Of a stretch of 48,405 nt of DNA, positions 26,376-36,384 are shown piece by piece. Source of the DNA: Pseudomonadota bacterium (GTDB taxonomy: Bacteria; Bdellovibrionota_B; Oligoflexia; Silvanigrellales; Silvanigrellaceae); assembly GCA_039799905.1 (NCBI GenBank), contig JBDLRP010000025.1, positions 1 through 48,405 on the forward strand, in the 5' to 3' direction. A program made the translations under genes and the position numbers. A model generated the notes under the pieces. That model had not been told where the DNA came from. It did no database searches and worked only from the letters and a program-made list of their open reading frames with translations. Positions within the stretch are counted from its first letter, which is position 1. Every line of letters begins with the position of its first letter.

Positions 26376-27353
26376 TCAACTCAGAGTCAAACGGCATATC
26401 CGCTGAGCAGGCCCGCTCAGGTGCAACGTTCCACTCCTGTTGAGAATAGAAATCACGCCCCCAGGCATCGCAAAACTCCCAGCAGTTCCTGTTTGGGAGT
26501 TTTGCGTTTTTTCGAGAGTGACCTGAATGGCACAGCCACCCGACCCGCAACACTGCGTCAGTCCGGCTCCGCGCTCATAAACGATTGCATCCAGCGGAGC
26601 ACCCGTTGAGTTTTCAGGAAGCCCAACGAATCCAATGTTGCTGAGTGGAATACCCAGAGCGCTGCAAAGGCCTTTGCTTTGCATGAGTTGTCCCAGCTCG
26701 GCGAAATGTTCGTTGGTCAATTTGCGAAAGGTGCCCGCCTTCAACACGAGCACGAGATGTGGATTGGCAAGTCTGACAAAACTTCCATTCTGCAGAGCTG
26801 CCAATAACAATTCCTGCGCGACAGTGCCGCCAAGGAAAGCCGAATCAGTTAACGTTGAAAGGGGTAAATCACGGTATTCCACGACCTCGCCCATGCCGAC
26901 GGCAGACTCAAAGAGCCCTGAATCTTCATGGGTCAACTGTGAATTCAGCAATGTTGCAAAAACATTCATATGGGCAGGCGTCTGCACTTCGTCAGGATTG
27001 AAGTCGAAGACGGGCAGGGGTGAACAACCATCCCAGTGACCCAGCGAGAGCACAGCGGCAGCGAGACAGCGCAAGGCATTGCCACAGGTACCGGCGCGCG
27101 AACCATCGCTGTTCCATATCGCTGCCGAGAGTTGACCATCGCGCTCGACCTGCCAGACGACAAGTCCGTCGGCACCCAATCCGGTTGTCCGGTCGCAAAA
27201 ATCAACAGCAAGACGCTCAAGAGTCGACGATTCCAGCCGACCTCCAAACGAAGCCCTGAGCGCGTTTGCCTCGGCCAGCAAAAAATCATTGCGGGCCCCG
27301 TGCCATTTTTCAAACGAAAAACCCTCCCGGAGGAGGGAAAGACGCGCGCTCAT
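26376..27353 (-). CDS. dapF: diaminopimelate epimerase (divergent, with insertions)
   Basis: KWHGARNDF, DRTTGLGADG, NSDGS...CGNALRC, NPHLV and ERGAGLTQCCGSG. Confidence 0.88.
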   Translation of the reverse strand: MSARLSLLREGFSFEKWHGARNDFLLAEANALRASFGGRLESSTLERLAVDFCDRTTGLGADGLVVWQVERDGQLSAAIWNSDGSRAGTCGNALRCLAAAVLSLGHWDGCSPLPVFDFNPDEVQTPAHMNVFATLLNSQLTHEDSGLFESAVGMGEVVEYRDLPLSTLTDSAFLGGTVAQELLLAALQNGSFVRLANPHLVLVLKAGTFRKLTNEHFAELGQLMQSKGLCSALGIPLSNIGFVGLPENSTGAPLDAIVYERGAGLTQCCGSGGCAIQVTLEKTQNSQTGTAGSFAMPGGVISILNRSGTLHLSGPAQRICRLTLS

Positions 27354-27354
27354 A

Positions 27355-27636
27355 TCACTCTGAAACTTCGATGACGCAGTCACCGAGCACGCGGCACTGG
27401 CAAGCCAGACGCTCGTCTTCACGGGCGGCCATTGTTTCGAGGAAATCACGTTCGTGTTCTTCCATGGAACTCAGGTTCTGAGGATTTTCAACGACGCGGA
27501 CCATGCAAGCCCCGCAGGCACCGTCGCGGCAACCAAACAGGATACTGGTGTCATGATGCTCACAAACATCAATAATCGCTGCATTTTTTTCAACTTCAAT
27601 CGTTTTCTTGTCTGTTTTGATCGTAAGAACTGGCAT
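27355..27636 (-). CDS. 2Fe-2S ferredoxin
   Basis: GCRDGACGAC...RLACQC. Confidence 0.93.
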   Translation of the reverse strand: MPVLTIKTDKKTIEVEKNAAIIDVCEHHDTSILFGCRDGACGACMVRVVENPQNLSSMEEHERDFLETMAAREDERLACQCRVLGDCVIEVSE

Positions 27637-27707
27637 CGGAGCCCCCTGAAAAAACAAATGCGGACTTTAATTAATCGAACGACTCCGCACAGATGGATTA
27701 ATACTCA

Positions 27708-27734
27708 TAAACCCCGAACCGATTCAACCGATAT
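27708..27734 (+). promoter_or_regulatory. sigma28-like promoter
   Basis: TAAA-N15-ACCGATAT upstream of ATG 27769. Confidence 0.65.
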
Positions 27735-27768
27735 CTCGTGAGACCGAGGAACTGCGGGAGCGCGTGCG

Positions 27769-29664
27769 ATGCCGAAGGACTTAAGGACCCTGTTGGAACC
27801 AGCCAAAAACTCTGGAAAAGCCGGAGCAGCTGCCCCGCTGGCGCACAGGCGTGCCTTATCGAGCCCGGGCGAACCCAGGGTTTTTCGCGTTAGGGCCGGA
27901 TTCGTTTGCGGTTTGTGCGGCAAACTTCACGAAAAGTTGGACAGCGCCTTCGATTGTCTCGGCCGATGCACAATTGAGCTGCGTTTACGGACACCGGCAG
28001 GGCGGCAGATGTCCGGACAAACAGGCCATTTTGCCTGCACAGCATGCGGCCGTGGCTATGCCAACACCGACGATGCAGAAGAATGTTTTGAGCGCTGTTT
28101 GGCGCGCATGAAACCAAATGCGCAATTTGAGCAGGCTCTTCGCCGAGTGCAGGTCCGCTATGTGCAAAGACTGCAAGCCCATGGTGTCCGTTCCCTGCAG
28201 CGCATCGATCCATACAGCGAACACACAAAAATGCTCAACACGCTCACGCAAGAACAGGCCGCAATGGGTCGTCCGGTTGCTAAACCTGATCCCGTTCAAA
28301 GCCAGGGGAGCAAGGCGGTTCAGTCGACCTCCACGGCGACCCAGGCGTCTGCAACAGATGTCGTTGTGAAGGATGTGCAAACAACTCCCGTCGATGGCTC
28401 GCCAATCGAAGCGGCGAACTTCTCTGAGGCGCAAGAGGAAGTCTACTCATCGGCAAACGCTCAAACTGCACAAGCGCTTGATGAAAGTGTTTTAGCTGCG
28501 GGAGAAGAAGAATCGTTGACAGCTGACCTGCACATCACGGCAGGGGAAGAATTGAGCCCGAACGAACTGAATCAAGAATTCACGCAAGATGAAGTCTTGG
28601 ATACAGGGGAAAATGAAGTTGCTCAGGAATTCACTCAACCTGTGTTGGCTGATTCGGATCCCGAAGTGGACACCAACATTATGGATGAACTTCCCACGGA
28701 ATATGAAACAGCTTCTGCCGCTTTGCCTGATGCTGAAGAAGAAAATGCAATGCTGGCAGCGAATGCACTGAGCGTACTCGACAAAATTGCCGCGAGCGCA
28801 AACCGCAAAGCAGCAAAGCCAGCTCCACAACAAAAACCGCCTGCGAGACGTGAGCATACGAGGCATCACGCAGCGCAGTCTCCGATGGACTCTCTCGACA
28901 ACACTTCGACCTTGCCAGCGACGACTGACTTGCTCGACGAAACACCATCCTCTGCCGACTTTACTTCAATGCTGGACGACTCTCTGCAAATGCCCTCCGA
29001 CGAAGCATTGAATCAATCTTTCGTTGCAGAGCCTTCGTCGGCCGCAATGTCACTGTTGAATCAAAAAAGTTTTGCGAAGGCAGAGTCGCCAGGCAGAGGC
29101 GATTCGGGATCCGCCTTAACGATGCTCGCAACCTCGACTCCTGAGGCGACACACCGCGCACTCGGCAGCGGCGAGCGAGCACTTTCAGCAAATCGAGATA
29201 AAGATTCATTCGACTTTGATATGTCGATGGGAGGGGGTGACCTATCAGGCGCCTTCAGCGAGGCGTCGGAGTTTGCGCAAGTTGCCGAGCAACCCGAGAC
29301 CAACGTCTTGGCTGCCGATGTTCTGGCCTTGTTACAGACGTCCACGACCGACGAAAATTTGGAACTTTCGTCCAAACAAACAAAAGAACTCAAAAGCAAA
29401 AAGATTGAGGTAGACCTCGATCTACTCGAAAAGCTGACGACCGACGACGGCTCAGCGAACGATGGCACTGTTCACCTGCGCAAGGCTGATATGAAGTCGT
29501 ACCGGCGCAACAATGCGAAGTACACGTGCAGCGCCTGCAGCAAGGAATTCTTCACTAAAGAGCAAGTTGAAGCTTGTTTTTACTCGCATCCCGAGGAGGG
29601 TTCCGAAGAGGCGCGTGCTCTCATCGAAAGAGCCAAAAAAACATCCAACAAAACAGCCGCTTAA
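27769..29664 (+). CDS. hypothetical protein with three Cx2C-x12-C-x3-C/H zinc-finger-like motifs and a long acidic low-complexity linker
   Basis: CGLC-x12-CLGRC, CTAC-x12-CFERC and CSAC-x12-CFYSH; E/D/S/A-rich middle. Confidence 0.8.
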   Translation: MPKDLRTLLEPAKNSGKAGAAAPLAHRRALSSPGEPRVFRVRAGFVCGLCGKLHEKLDSAFDCLGRCTIELRLRTPAGRQMSGQTGHFACTACGRGYANTDDAEECFERCLARMKPNAQFEQALRRVQVRYVQRLQAHGVRSLQRIDPYSEHTKMLNTLTQEQAAMGRPVAKPDPVQSQGSKAVQSTSTATQASATDVVVKDVQTTPVDGSPIEAANFSEAQEEVYSSANAQTAQALDESVLAAGEEESLTADLHITAGEELSPNELNQEFTQDEVLDTGENEVAQEFTQPVLADSDPEVDTNIMDELPTEYETASAALPDAEEENAMLAANALSVLDKIAASANRKAAKPAPQQKPPARREHTRHHAAQSPMDSLDNTSTLPATTDLLDETPSSADFTSMLDDSLQMPSDEALNQSFVAEPSSAAMSLLNQKSFAKAESPGRGDSGSALTMLATSTPEATHRALGSGERALSANRDKDSFDFDMSMGGGDLSGAFSEASEFAQVAEQPETNVLAADVLALLQTSTTDENLELSSKQTKELKSKKIEVDLDLLEKLTTDDGSANDGTVHLRKADMKSYRRNNAKYTCSACSKEFFTKEQVEACFYSHPEEGSEEARALIERAKKTSNKTAA

Positions 29665-29746
29665 TCGAATGCAAAATAAGTTTTCTTGAATTCTCAACTA
29701 CTCTCCTGTAATGCCGAGGCCGGTAAAACTCACGGAGGGATTTCAG

Positions 29747-30655
29747 ATGTTTACTCGCGTTTCTTCGATCCTCGCACTGTCGACAATCGTTTCGCTCACA
29801 GCCTACGCAGATGATTCGAAGCTCGGAACCAGAAAACATCCTCTCAAACTCGTGATGGTGCCATCCACCGACTCAACAAAAATACTCACAAGTATGAAGC
29901 CGGTTGCTCAATGTCTGGAAAAGGAAACCGGCCTGACCTTCGATATCTCGGTTCCCAACAGCTATATCGTTGCCATCGAAGGAATGGGCTCAAAGAAGGT
30001 TGACATCGCCTTTTTGCCAACGTTCGGCTACCTGCTCGCACACGAGAAGTTTGGAGCGGAGGCACTTCTGAAGGCTTCACGCAACGGTGAAACGACATAC
30101 CGTGCAGCAATTCTCGCGCGTACTGACAAGAACATTAAAAGTGTGAACGACCTGAACGGCAAAAAAATTGCCTACGTCGATCCGGCCTCCACCTCCGGAT
30201 ACATCCTGCCCAAAAAACTCTTTATGGATGCCAAGATCAAACCAGCTCAGGAAGTCTTCCAAGGCAAACATGATGCAGTTGTGACTGCCGTCTATCAGGG
30301 TCAGGTCGATGCGGGCGCCGTCTTCTACAACAAGCCTGTCGATGGAAAAATCAAAGACGCACGCGAAAAAGTCAAAGTTCAATTTCCCGACATCGAGGAA
30401 AAAGTAAAAATAGTCACACTGACAGACGACATTCCTAATGACCCGATTGTCATCCGCAAGGAAGTTTCGGCCGAGTCGAAGGCCAAAATCTCCAAAGCGT
30501 TTCAAACGTGTGTCGGTAAGCTTCCGGATGCTTTCAAGGGCATCAACAACTCCGACGCCTTCGCCACAGTCAAGGATAGCGACTACGACGGCATCCGCAA
30601 AACTGTGAAGCTGCTCGGCATCAACATCGGCGCTGAAGTCGAAAAGAAGAAATAA
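29747..30655 (+). CDS. phosphate/phosphite/phosphonate ABC substrate-binding protein (PhnD family), orphan
   Basis: Signal peptide; SYIVAIEGM...KVDIAF, DPASTSGY..P, GKHDAV..AV..GQVDAGA, IPNDP. Confidence 0.9.
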   Translation: MFTRVSSILALSTIVSLTAYADDSKLGTRKHPLKLVMVPSTDSTKILTSMKPVAQCLEKETGLTFDISVPNSYIVAIEGMGSKKVDIAFLPTFGYLLAHEKFGAEALLKASRNGETTYRAAILARTDKNIKSVNDLNGKKIAYVDPASTSGYILPKKLFMDAKIKPAQEVFQGKHDAVVTAVYQGQVDAGAVFYNKPVDGKIKDAREKVKVQFPDIEEKVKIVTLTDDIPNDPIVIRKEVSAESKAKISKAFQTCVGKLPDAFKGINNSDAFATVKDSDYDGIRKTVKLLGINIGAEVEKKK

Positions 30656-30661
30656 TCGTCC

Positions 30662-31345
30662 GTGACAACTCCTTCGGACACTCTCGCGCAAAAAATCATC
30701 GCTTGCAGAGAGTGTCCGCGATTACGATCGCACTGTGAATCCATCGCCAACGAAAAAAAGAAAATGTATGCGGACTGGGAGTATTGGGGACGTCCTGTTG
30801 CCAATTTCGGAACGACGTCTGCACAGCTTCTGATCGTCGGACTCGCACCCGCGGCGCACGGCGCCAACCGCACCGGACGCATGTTCACGGGAGATCAAAG
30901 CGGAGTCTGGCTGTATCGCGCACTGCATCGGGCGGGATTCGCCAATCAGGCCGAATCCGTGAGCCGTGATGACGGACTTGAGCTCATCAATTGCCTCATT
31001 ACAGCTGTTTGTCATTGCGCACCGCCGGACAACAAGCCCAACCCTCAAGAGATCAAAAATTGTTCGCCTTTTCTTCGCGAAACATTTGCGGACACAACGC
31101 AGAAAAAAGTTATTCTGACGCTCGGCCACATCGCATGGAAAAACACGTGGGACACTCTTCGGGCGCAGCTGACCGAACCTATGAAATCTGAGCTGCGATT
31201 TTCGCACGGAGCAGAAGTTGCGCTGCAGAACGGTTTGCATGTGATCGCAAGTTATCATCCCAGCCAGCAGAACACCTTCACGGGAAGGCTGACAGAAGAT
31301 GCATTCGATGCGATTTTTTCCCGCTGCCGGGAGTTGATAGAATGA
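30662..31345 (+). CDS. uracil-DNA glycosylase family 5 (UdgB-like, Fe-S)
   Basis: CRECPRL, GLAPAAHGANRTGRMFTGD, CAPPDNKP and YHPSQQNT. Confidence 0.92.
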   Translation: MTTPSDTLAQKIIACRECPRLRSHCESIANEKKKMYADWEYWGRPVANFGTTSAQLLIVGLAPAAHGANRTGRMFTGDQSGVWLYRALHRAGFANQAESVSRDDGLELINCLITAVCHCAPPDNKPNPQEIKNCSPFLRETFADTTQKKVILTLGHIAWKNTWDTLRAQLTEPMKSELRFSHGAEVALQNGLHVIASYHPSQQNTFTGRLTEDAFDAIFSRCRELIE

Positions 31346-31413
31346 TGCGCGAGCAAAGGTTTTTCGTGGCCAGAAAGGTTTTGAACCGATGCGCAGATTG
31401 AGGCATCTGCGGC

Positions 31414-32154
31414 TCAGTTCGGTTTGCAACCGAGATTGGGAAATCCTTCAACTGAAAATTGCACATCAGAACTTTCGACAGTGAATTGAAAGTCGTTCCA
31501 GTCGACAATTTTTGGAATTTCTCGTTGAGTTCGAACTCCATTTTTCAGTTCTTCCACAACTCCTCCATTTAGGACGACAGAACAGGGCAGGTCACCACCG
31601 TCGATCGGGGCTTTCAAAATTGTCTTGCTGGGATCATTGACACACTGCACGTAGGCATACTTCCAGAAATCGTTATTGGTATCTTCGAAATCGATGTTGA
31701 CGCCGGACACAGCTCCATCGACCTGTTTTTGTGTCACCTTGAAAAAGTCCTTGTCCTCGGAGGTTTGTGTCGAGCGTTGGTAGGACTCAGATTTAAGGCC
31801 TGCCTTTTCAAACGTGACGTCGGCCTTCAACTGAAGAACATTGCAATAGCCCTTTTTTGTGTTGATCTCGATTTCACGATCTTTGTCATTGCAATTGATT
31901 TGAATCCAATCGGTATTGACCAAGCCGGCCACTTTCAATTGAAAAACACTCTTGCGCTCGGCTTCACAGTTCGCCTTCGTCAGCCTGATGATGGCTTTCG
32001 TGTCGGGAATTCCGTCGCCGATACCCGTTTTGGGAGGTGCGACCGTCACAACGGGCGTGCTGACCGGTACCACCTTGTCGGAGACAACTGTTTTGTTGCA
32101 CGCCTGAGCTAGCAGCAGAAAGGCGAGAAAAGACCGGCAGATCGCTTGGCTCAT
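31414..32154 (-). CDS. hypothetical lipoprotein
   Basis: GAGGAGG RBS, lipobox AQAC, several Cys, and a DWNDF acidic motif. Confidence 0.75.
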   Translation of the reverse strand: MSQAICRSFLAFLLLAQACNKTVVSDKVVPVSTPVVTVAPPKTGIGDGIPDTKAIIRLTKANCEAERKSVFQLKVAGLVNTDWIQINCNDKDREIEINTKKGYCNVLQLKADVTFEKAGLKSESYQRSTQTSEDKDFFKVTQKQVDGAVSGVNIDFEDTNNDFWKYAYVQCVNDPSKTILKAPIDGGDLPCSVVLNGGVVEELKNGVRTQREIPKIVDWNDFQFTVESSDVQFSVEGFPNLGCKPN

Positions 32155-32181
32155 CGCACACACCTCCTCAAAAGCCTTTTG

Positions 32182-32209
32182 TTTTCGGAATCATGGCCAA
32201 AAAACTTTA
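32182..32209 (-). promoter_or_regulatory. sigma28-like promoter
   Basis: TAAAGTTT-N12-TCCGAAAA, matching the extended FliA -35 TAAAGTTT. Confidence 0.65.
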
Positions 32210-32288
32210 GTTTTGAGAATTCCTCAGTGATAAAAAAATTTCTGCAAAATCATGTGTTGGATGGGCGGTTGTCGGCGGGAGAACTGTA

Positions 32289-32993
32289 ATGAAAGTCCTC
32301 AAAATGATTTTTCTATTTGTAACATTTTGGCTCGTCAAAAACACTCCGGTTGCGTATGCCAGCAGCCGGCAGCCAAGCAAAGCTTCCGCGGGCAGCGATT
32401 CGGCCCTGCCGCAGATTCTCGATTGGCTTGCCTTTGGCTCTGGCTGTCAGAGGGCAAAAGAAAAGGGCGATGCTAAAGTCTCACTTTCGCACAGCTTCGA
32501 AAATTCCTTGCTTGCACGATTGCACATTGAAAAACTACGGCTCAACCTCGGCGGAAAAAAGCAGGGTCTCAGCGAGTGTGCGGTGCGCATCAGCGTGCAG
32601 CCGCCACAGGGTCAGCGGATCAGCCACGTTGCCGCTCGTACAACCCTTGTCGCCAGTAAAAACGAAACAGCCCACCTCCGTGCGCGTTTGCTTCTGCTCA
32701 TCGGACAATCCATGGTCGACAGCCATGAATGGGACCTGCCGGACAAACAGTTTGCGCGTGGATTGGAACAGCTCGTCTTACTTTCTGCGGGAAAAAAGTC
32801 TGAGCATCCGATGCCGGTGTTGAACTGCGGTGCTGCTCAAATCATCGGACTCGACTATACGCTCGAAGGACTGCATAAAGGCCCTGTCGCTCCGGCAGCG
32901 AAGAGTAACGACGACGAAGTTTGGCTGCAGACGCTGACAAAAAAAGAAAAAGACTCCGCACAGGTCGAAGTCTTTTTTGAAAAGTGCAACTAA
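32289..32993 (+). CDS. secreted protein, DUF4360-like
   Basis: Signal peptide (AYA); FGSGC...ECAVRISVQPPQG pattern and a terminal Cys. Confidence 0.5.
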   Translation: MKVLKMIFLFVTFWLVKNTPVAYASSRQPSKASAGSDSALPQILDWLAFGSGCQRAKEKGDAKVSLSHSFENSLLARLHIEKLRLNLGGKKQGLSECAVRISVQPPQGQRISHVAARTTLVASKNETAHLRARLLLLIGQSMVDSHEWDLPDKQFARGLEQLVLLSAGKKSEHPMPVLNCGAAQIIGLDYTLEGLHKGPVAPAAKSNDDEVWLQTLTKKEKDSAQVEVFFEKCN

Positions 32994-33029
32994 GCACGAG
33001 GGTGCTGATTGCAACCACCCTTCGACTTT

Positions 33030-36000
33030 TTAGAATTCTTCAGACCCGCCGCCGCCACCGCCTTGCGATGGTTCTTCTTCTCTAGCCTGTTTAACTTGTT
33101 GCACATAAACTTTGATTTTTTCCGCAATCTCCTGATCAGGATTGCCGACAGACGTCAGTGCATCTTCCGCCTGCAGTGCAAAACTGCGCGATTCAGACTT
33201 GAATCTGTCTTTGCTGAACGCAACAAGTGACTTTATTTCCTGCACCACTTGTTCATCCAGGTCATTGGAAGGCTCGACCACGGCGAGCATTTTTGCAAGA
33301 TCGCCCGAGAGTTTTGAGACCTCGTAATACCCGAGTGAACACCAGTCGACTCCTGGAATCTCACAGGGCGCCAGCAGATTTGTTTTCACACGCTCATAGT
33401 CTTTGACCAGCAACTGGACTGCGAGTTTGAGATCTTTTTGGTTCATCACCTGACGTGTGCGCAGGTTGGCAACTTCGAATCTGGCAGCTGCAAATCTGGC
33501 CTTCGACTGCATCTTGAAGCCGTCCGGTGTGGTAGGGCGGATCACCGTCGCCGCAGAGGCTGCCTTTTTCGCCAGTTCATCGCGACCGAGCTTCTGATAA
33601 ACCATCAACAAATTAAATTGCACCGTGATGACATCATCGGGTGCCCGAACCAGCTTGGACAACCGCTCGAACGCGCTCAGCGCAATGACACCGTTATTGG
33701 ATTTTTGCGCCAGCTGAGCGATTGCTTCGAGAGTCTTTTTTTGCTCTTCTGCGGTCTTGAGCAACTTCAGATGCCGCTCGTACTCGCCGATTGCCTCGGG
33801 AAGTTTTCCAGCTTCACGAAAGCTTTCTGCAGCTTTCAAATGAGACTGCCGCGTGAGCGCTTCTTGCGGATAGAGGTTGGAGTAGAATTGATAATGTTCG
33901 GCAGCCTTGAGAAATGACTTCGAATTACGCGCTAGTTCGGCTGCCGACCAGCGGATATCTTTGGCCTGCGGGATTTTGGGATATAGCTTTAAATACGTGT
34001 CATACGCCATCATCGAGAGATCTATTTTCTTTGCCGCTGCAAAAGCCTGTCCTGATCTCTCGAGTGCGGCAGGGGCATTGGGCGAATTTGGAAACTCTTT
34101 CTGGAATGCCGCATATCTGTTGCCTGCGCCTTCGAACTGTTGAGCGTCGAACTGTTGTTTGGCAAGCTCAAAGACAACGTTTTCGAGTTGTTTCGGTAGA
34201 TTCCTGAAAGGCTCTTTTGTCGGAACAATGCCAAGTTTGACCATCAAACGGATGAATTTCTCAACGTCAGCGATTTCTCTTCGGGCGGTCAGATGTTCGA
34301 GCAGCACAGCTGCCGAATCCCCGGCCATCGGATGCCGTGGAGCACGGTTGAAAGCTTCCTCATAACGAGCCAGAGCAACTTGTTTTGCTCCGCTCATCAA
34401 CTGGACAAAAGCCGCCTGATAGGCGACTTGCTCACCCTCAGCTTTCGGCAACAAGGCGCGCAGTTTGTCTGCATTGCTTACGTACCCTGTGGCCATCACA
34501 GGGTCACCCTGCAATTTCTGACCGGACGCGATTTTTACATCGGCACCAAGACCCATTAAAAATCCACGCGCCTGCAAGTTGAATTGGAGTGCATTGACTC
34601 TGTTCAGACGGTCTTTGAACTTGCTTGCTGCAATTTCAGAGCGGCGGCCAACTTCAGTGAACTGTTTGGTTTGAAAAAGAATGTCGATCATGCGCAACTC
34701 GTAGTCTTCGCGCGAGGCGTAGGCCGGAAAGCCTCTGACGAAAGAGTCATGCAGAGCAACGATTCTGCCAGCAAGATCTTTGTCCGGCTTTACTTTGAAT
34801 TGAGTCATTACGACATTCATCGAGTGAAGCATCTGTGAGTCCAGATTGATGGTCTTCTGGATACCGCGCGAAATTACTCTCTCCCATGCGATCGCAATCA
34901 TCCGAGCATCGTTGGAGGCTATTGTCAGATCAAGCATTCTGGCTTCGATGCGATTTTTCAGCTGTTCACTTGCCTGACCAGCAGTCAGGGCGTCGCCATA
35001 GGCCTTCAGTGCGGAAGCGAGATTCTTTGGGTAAACCTTGAGCGCAAACTCTTCAAGATAAGCGCGCGCATAATCGACCAAGTCGTTATTGACGAGTGTC
35101 TGATAAATTTCCTGATTGACAGTCGTAGACATCTTTAAACCGACGTCAATCAGCAATGCGGCCGCCGCCTGCAAAATAGTGCCCGGAGTCTGCTCCTTGT
35201 CTGCCTTTCTAATGTTCTTGCAGGTAGCAATCACATCCTGCAGCAGTGCGAGCGCCGCAGCAGGTTTGTTCTTGGTGATTTCCTGTTCTGCAAGCATCAG
35301 TTTGAAGGCCGCTCCTTCGTATTGGTCGGTGGTGCTCTGCATGACCTGCTCAATGGTTCCAAACGGACTTGGCAGACGGCCGGCAGCAGCATCGAGTGTC
35401 AGACCAACCGCTGCGAGCTCGTGTTGTTCGGCTCCCTGCAAAGTCTTCAACATGGCAATTGCTTCATCGCGTACACTCGGATCGCCGAGCTTCATGCGTG
35501 CGACTGTCAGTTTAAACTTCCACTGTTTGACGTACGGGTTCTTGGGGTAATTTAAGACCAGCTCCTGATAACGCTGCGCCTGCTGACGTCTGATGTTTTT
35601 CAGGGTTTGGGCAAGGTCGGGATACTTGGGATCGGTAATGCCGACAACCCGCATCCATTCAAAAACCAGGCCTTGCTCTTCATAAAGCCTCAACATCGAC
35701 AGCGAGGCATTGAGCGCGGCCTCCGAGCGAATAGGAGCCTTTTTGAGCTCCGCGGAAAGACGTCTGATTTGCTCAAGACGAGTCTTGGTGCCGCTCGGTT
35801 TATAATCAAGGTTTTCGAGAATCTGCCTGTCGCGGCCTGTCAGGTCGGAGGGAGTCATGAATTTTTTGACTGCCGGTCCTTTGAAAATGGGCTCGATGTT
35901 CAATTGCCAAGGCTTGATGACAGCAGCTGTTTGCTTTTCGGCATCTGCCGAATCGGCGGCAGCCTCGGGCGCACCTTCGCCACCTGTTGCTGCTTTGGGT

Positions 36001-36167
36001 GCAACGCTTTCCTTTGTGTTGTTAGTAGGTGGGGCCTTTTCGGCGGGTGTGTCTGAGTCCTGTGCCAGTGCCGTCTGCGCAAAATGCGGAGATGCCGCAA
36101 GCACCGCAAGGACGAATATTCCACGCAGGGGAGCCCAAACAAACGTCTTTTGAGCTTTAATTTTCAC
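33030..36167 (-). CDS. large secreted TPR protein (GltD-like paralog)
   Basis: GAGGTGG RBS with GTG 36167, signal peptide, repeated FPNSP.AP.AL / LYP-type TPR pairs. Confidence 0.75.
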   Translation of the reverse strand: MKIKAQKTFVWAPLRGIFVLAVLAASPHFAQTALAQDSDTPAEKAPPTNNTKESVAPKAATGGEGAPEAAADSADAEKQTAAVIKPWQLNIEPIFKGPAVKKFMTPSDLTGRDRQILENLDYKPSGTKTRLEQIRRLSAELKKAPIRSEAALNASLSMLRLYEEQGLVFEWMRVVGITDPKYPDLAQTLKNIRRQQAQRYQELVLNYPKNPYVKQWKFKLTVARMKLGDPSVRDEAIAMLKTLQGAEQHELAAVGLTLDAAAGRLPSPFGTIEQVMQSTTDQYEGAAFKLMLAEQEITKNKPAAALALLQDVIATCKNIRKADKEQTPGTILQAAAALLIDVGLKMSTTVNQEIYQTLVNNDLVDYARAYLEEFALKVYPKNLASALKAYGDALTAGQASEQLKNRIEARMLDLTIASNDARMIAIAWERVISRGIQKTINLDSQMLHSMNVVMTQFKVKPDKDLAGRIVALHDSFVRGFPAYASREDYELRMIDILFQTKQFTEVGRRSEIAASKFKDRLNRVNALQFNLQARGFLMGLGADVKIASGQKLQGDPVMATGYVSNADKLRALLPKAEGEQVAYQAAFVQLMSGAKQVALARYEEAFNRAPRHPMAGDSAAVLLEHLTARREIADVEKFIRLMVKLGIVPTKEPFRNLPKQLENVVFELAKQQFDAQQFEGAGNRYAAFQKEFPNSPNAPAALERSGQAFAAAKKIDLSMMAYDTYLKLYPKIPQAKDIRWSAAELARNSKSFLKAAEHYQFYSNLYPQEALTRQSHLKAAESFREAGKLPEAIGEYERHLKLLKTAEEQKKTLEAIAQLAQKSNNGVIALSAFERLSKLVRAPDDVITVQFNLLMVYQKLGRDELAKKAASAATVIRPTTPDGFKMQSKARFAAARFEVANLRTRQVMNQKDLKLAVQLLVKDYERVKTNLLAPCEIPGVDWCSLGYYEVSKLSGDLAKMLAVVEPSNDLDEQVVQEIKSLVAFSKDRFKSESRSFALQAEDALTSVGNPDQEIAEKIKVYVQQVKQAREEEPSQGGGGGGSEEF

Positions 36168-36220
36168 GCGCCACCTCTTGAAACATAGGAATCGACTTGC
36201 TCTACCAAACAACTTCGGCA

Positions 36221-36247
36221 GTATCGGCCAGTGAGACCGCGAATTTA
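36221..36247 (-). promoter_or_regulatory. sigma28-like promoter
   Basis: TAAA-N15-GCCGATAC (one mismatch). It lies inside the ORF-finder 5' extension, supporting the 36167 start. Confidence 0.7.
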
Positions 36248-36312
36248 GACAGTTTGCTGACAGTCTGACGGGCAATTCTTATTCAGGCTCTTTGCGTGCG
36301 CAGGACAGAAAC

Positions 36313-36342
36313 AAAAAGGAGATCGGACTCAGCCCGATCTCC
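36313..36342 (-). terminator. intrinsic terminator of the DUF4360-like gene
   Basis: ggagatcgg/ccgatctcc 9-bp stem followed by TTTTT on the minus strand. Confidence 0.8.
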
Positions 36343-36384
36343 CCGTAAATCTAGCTATTGGCCCGATATTGGAACCTGGCAGGA

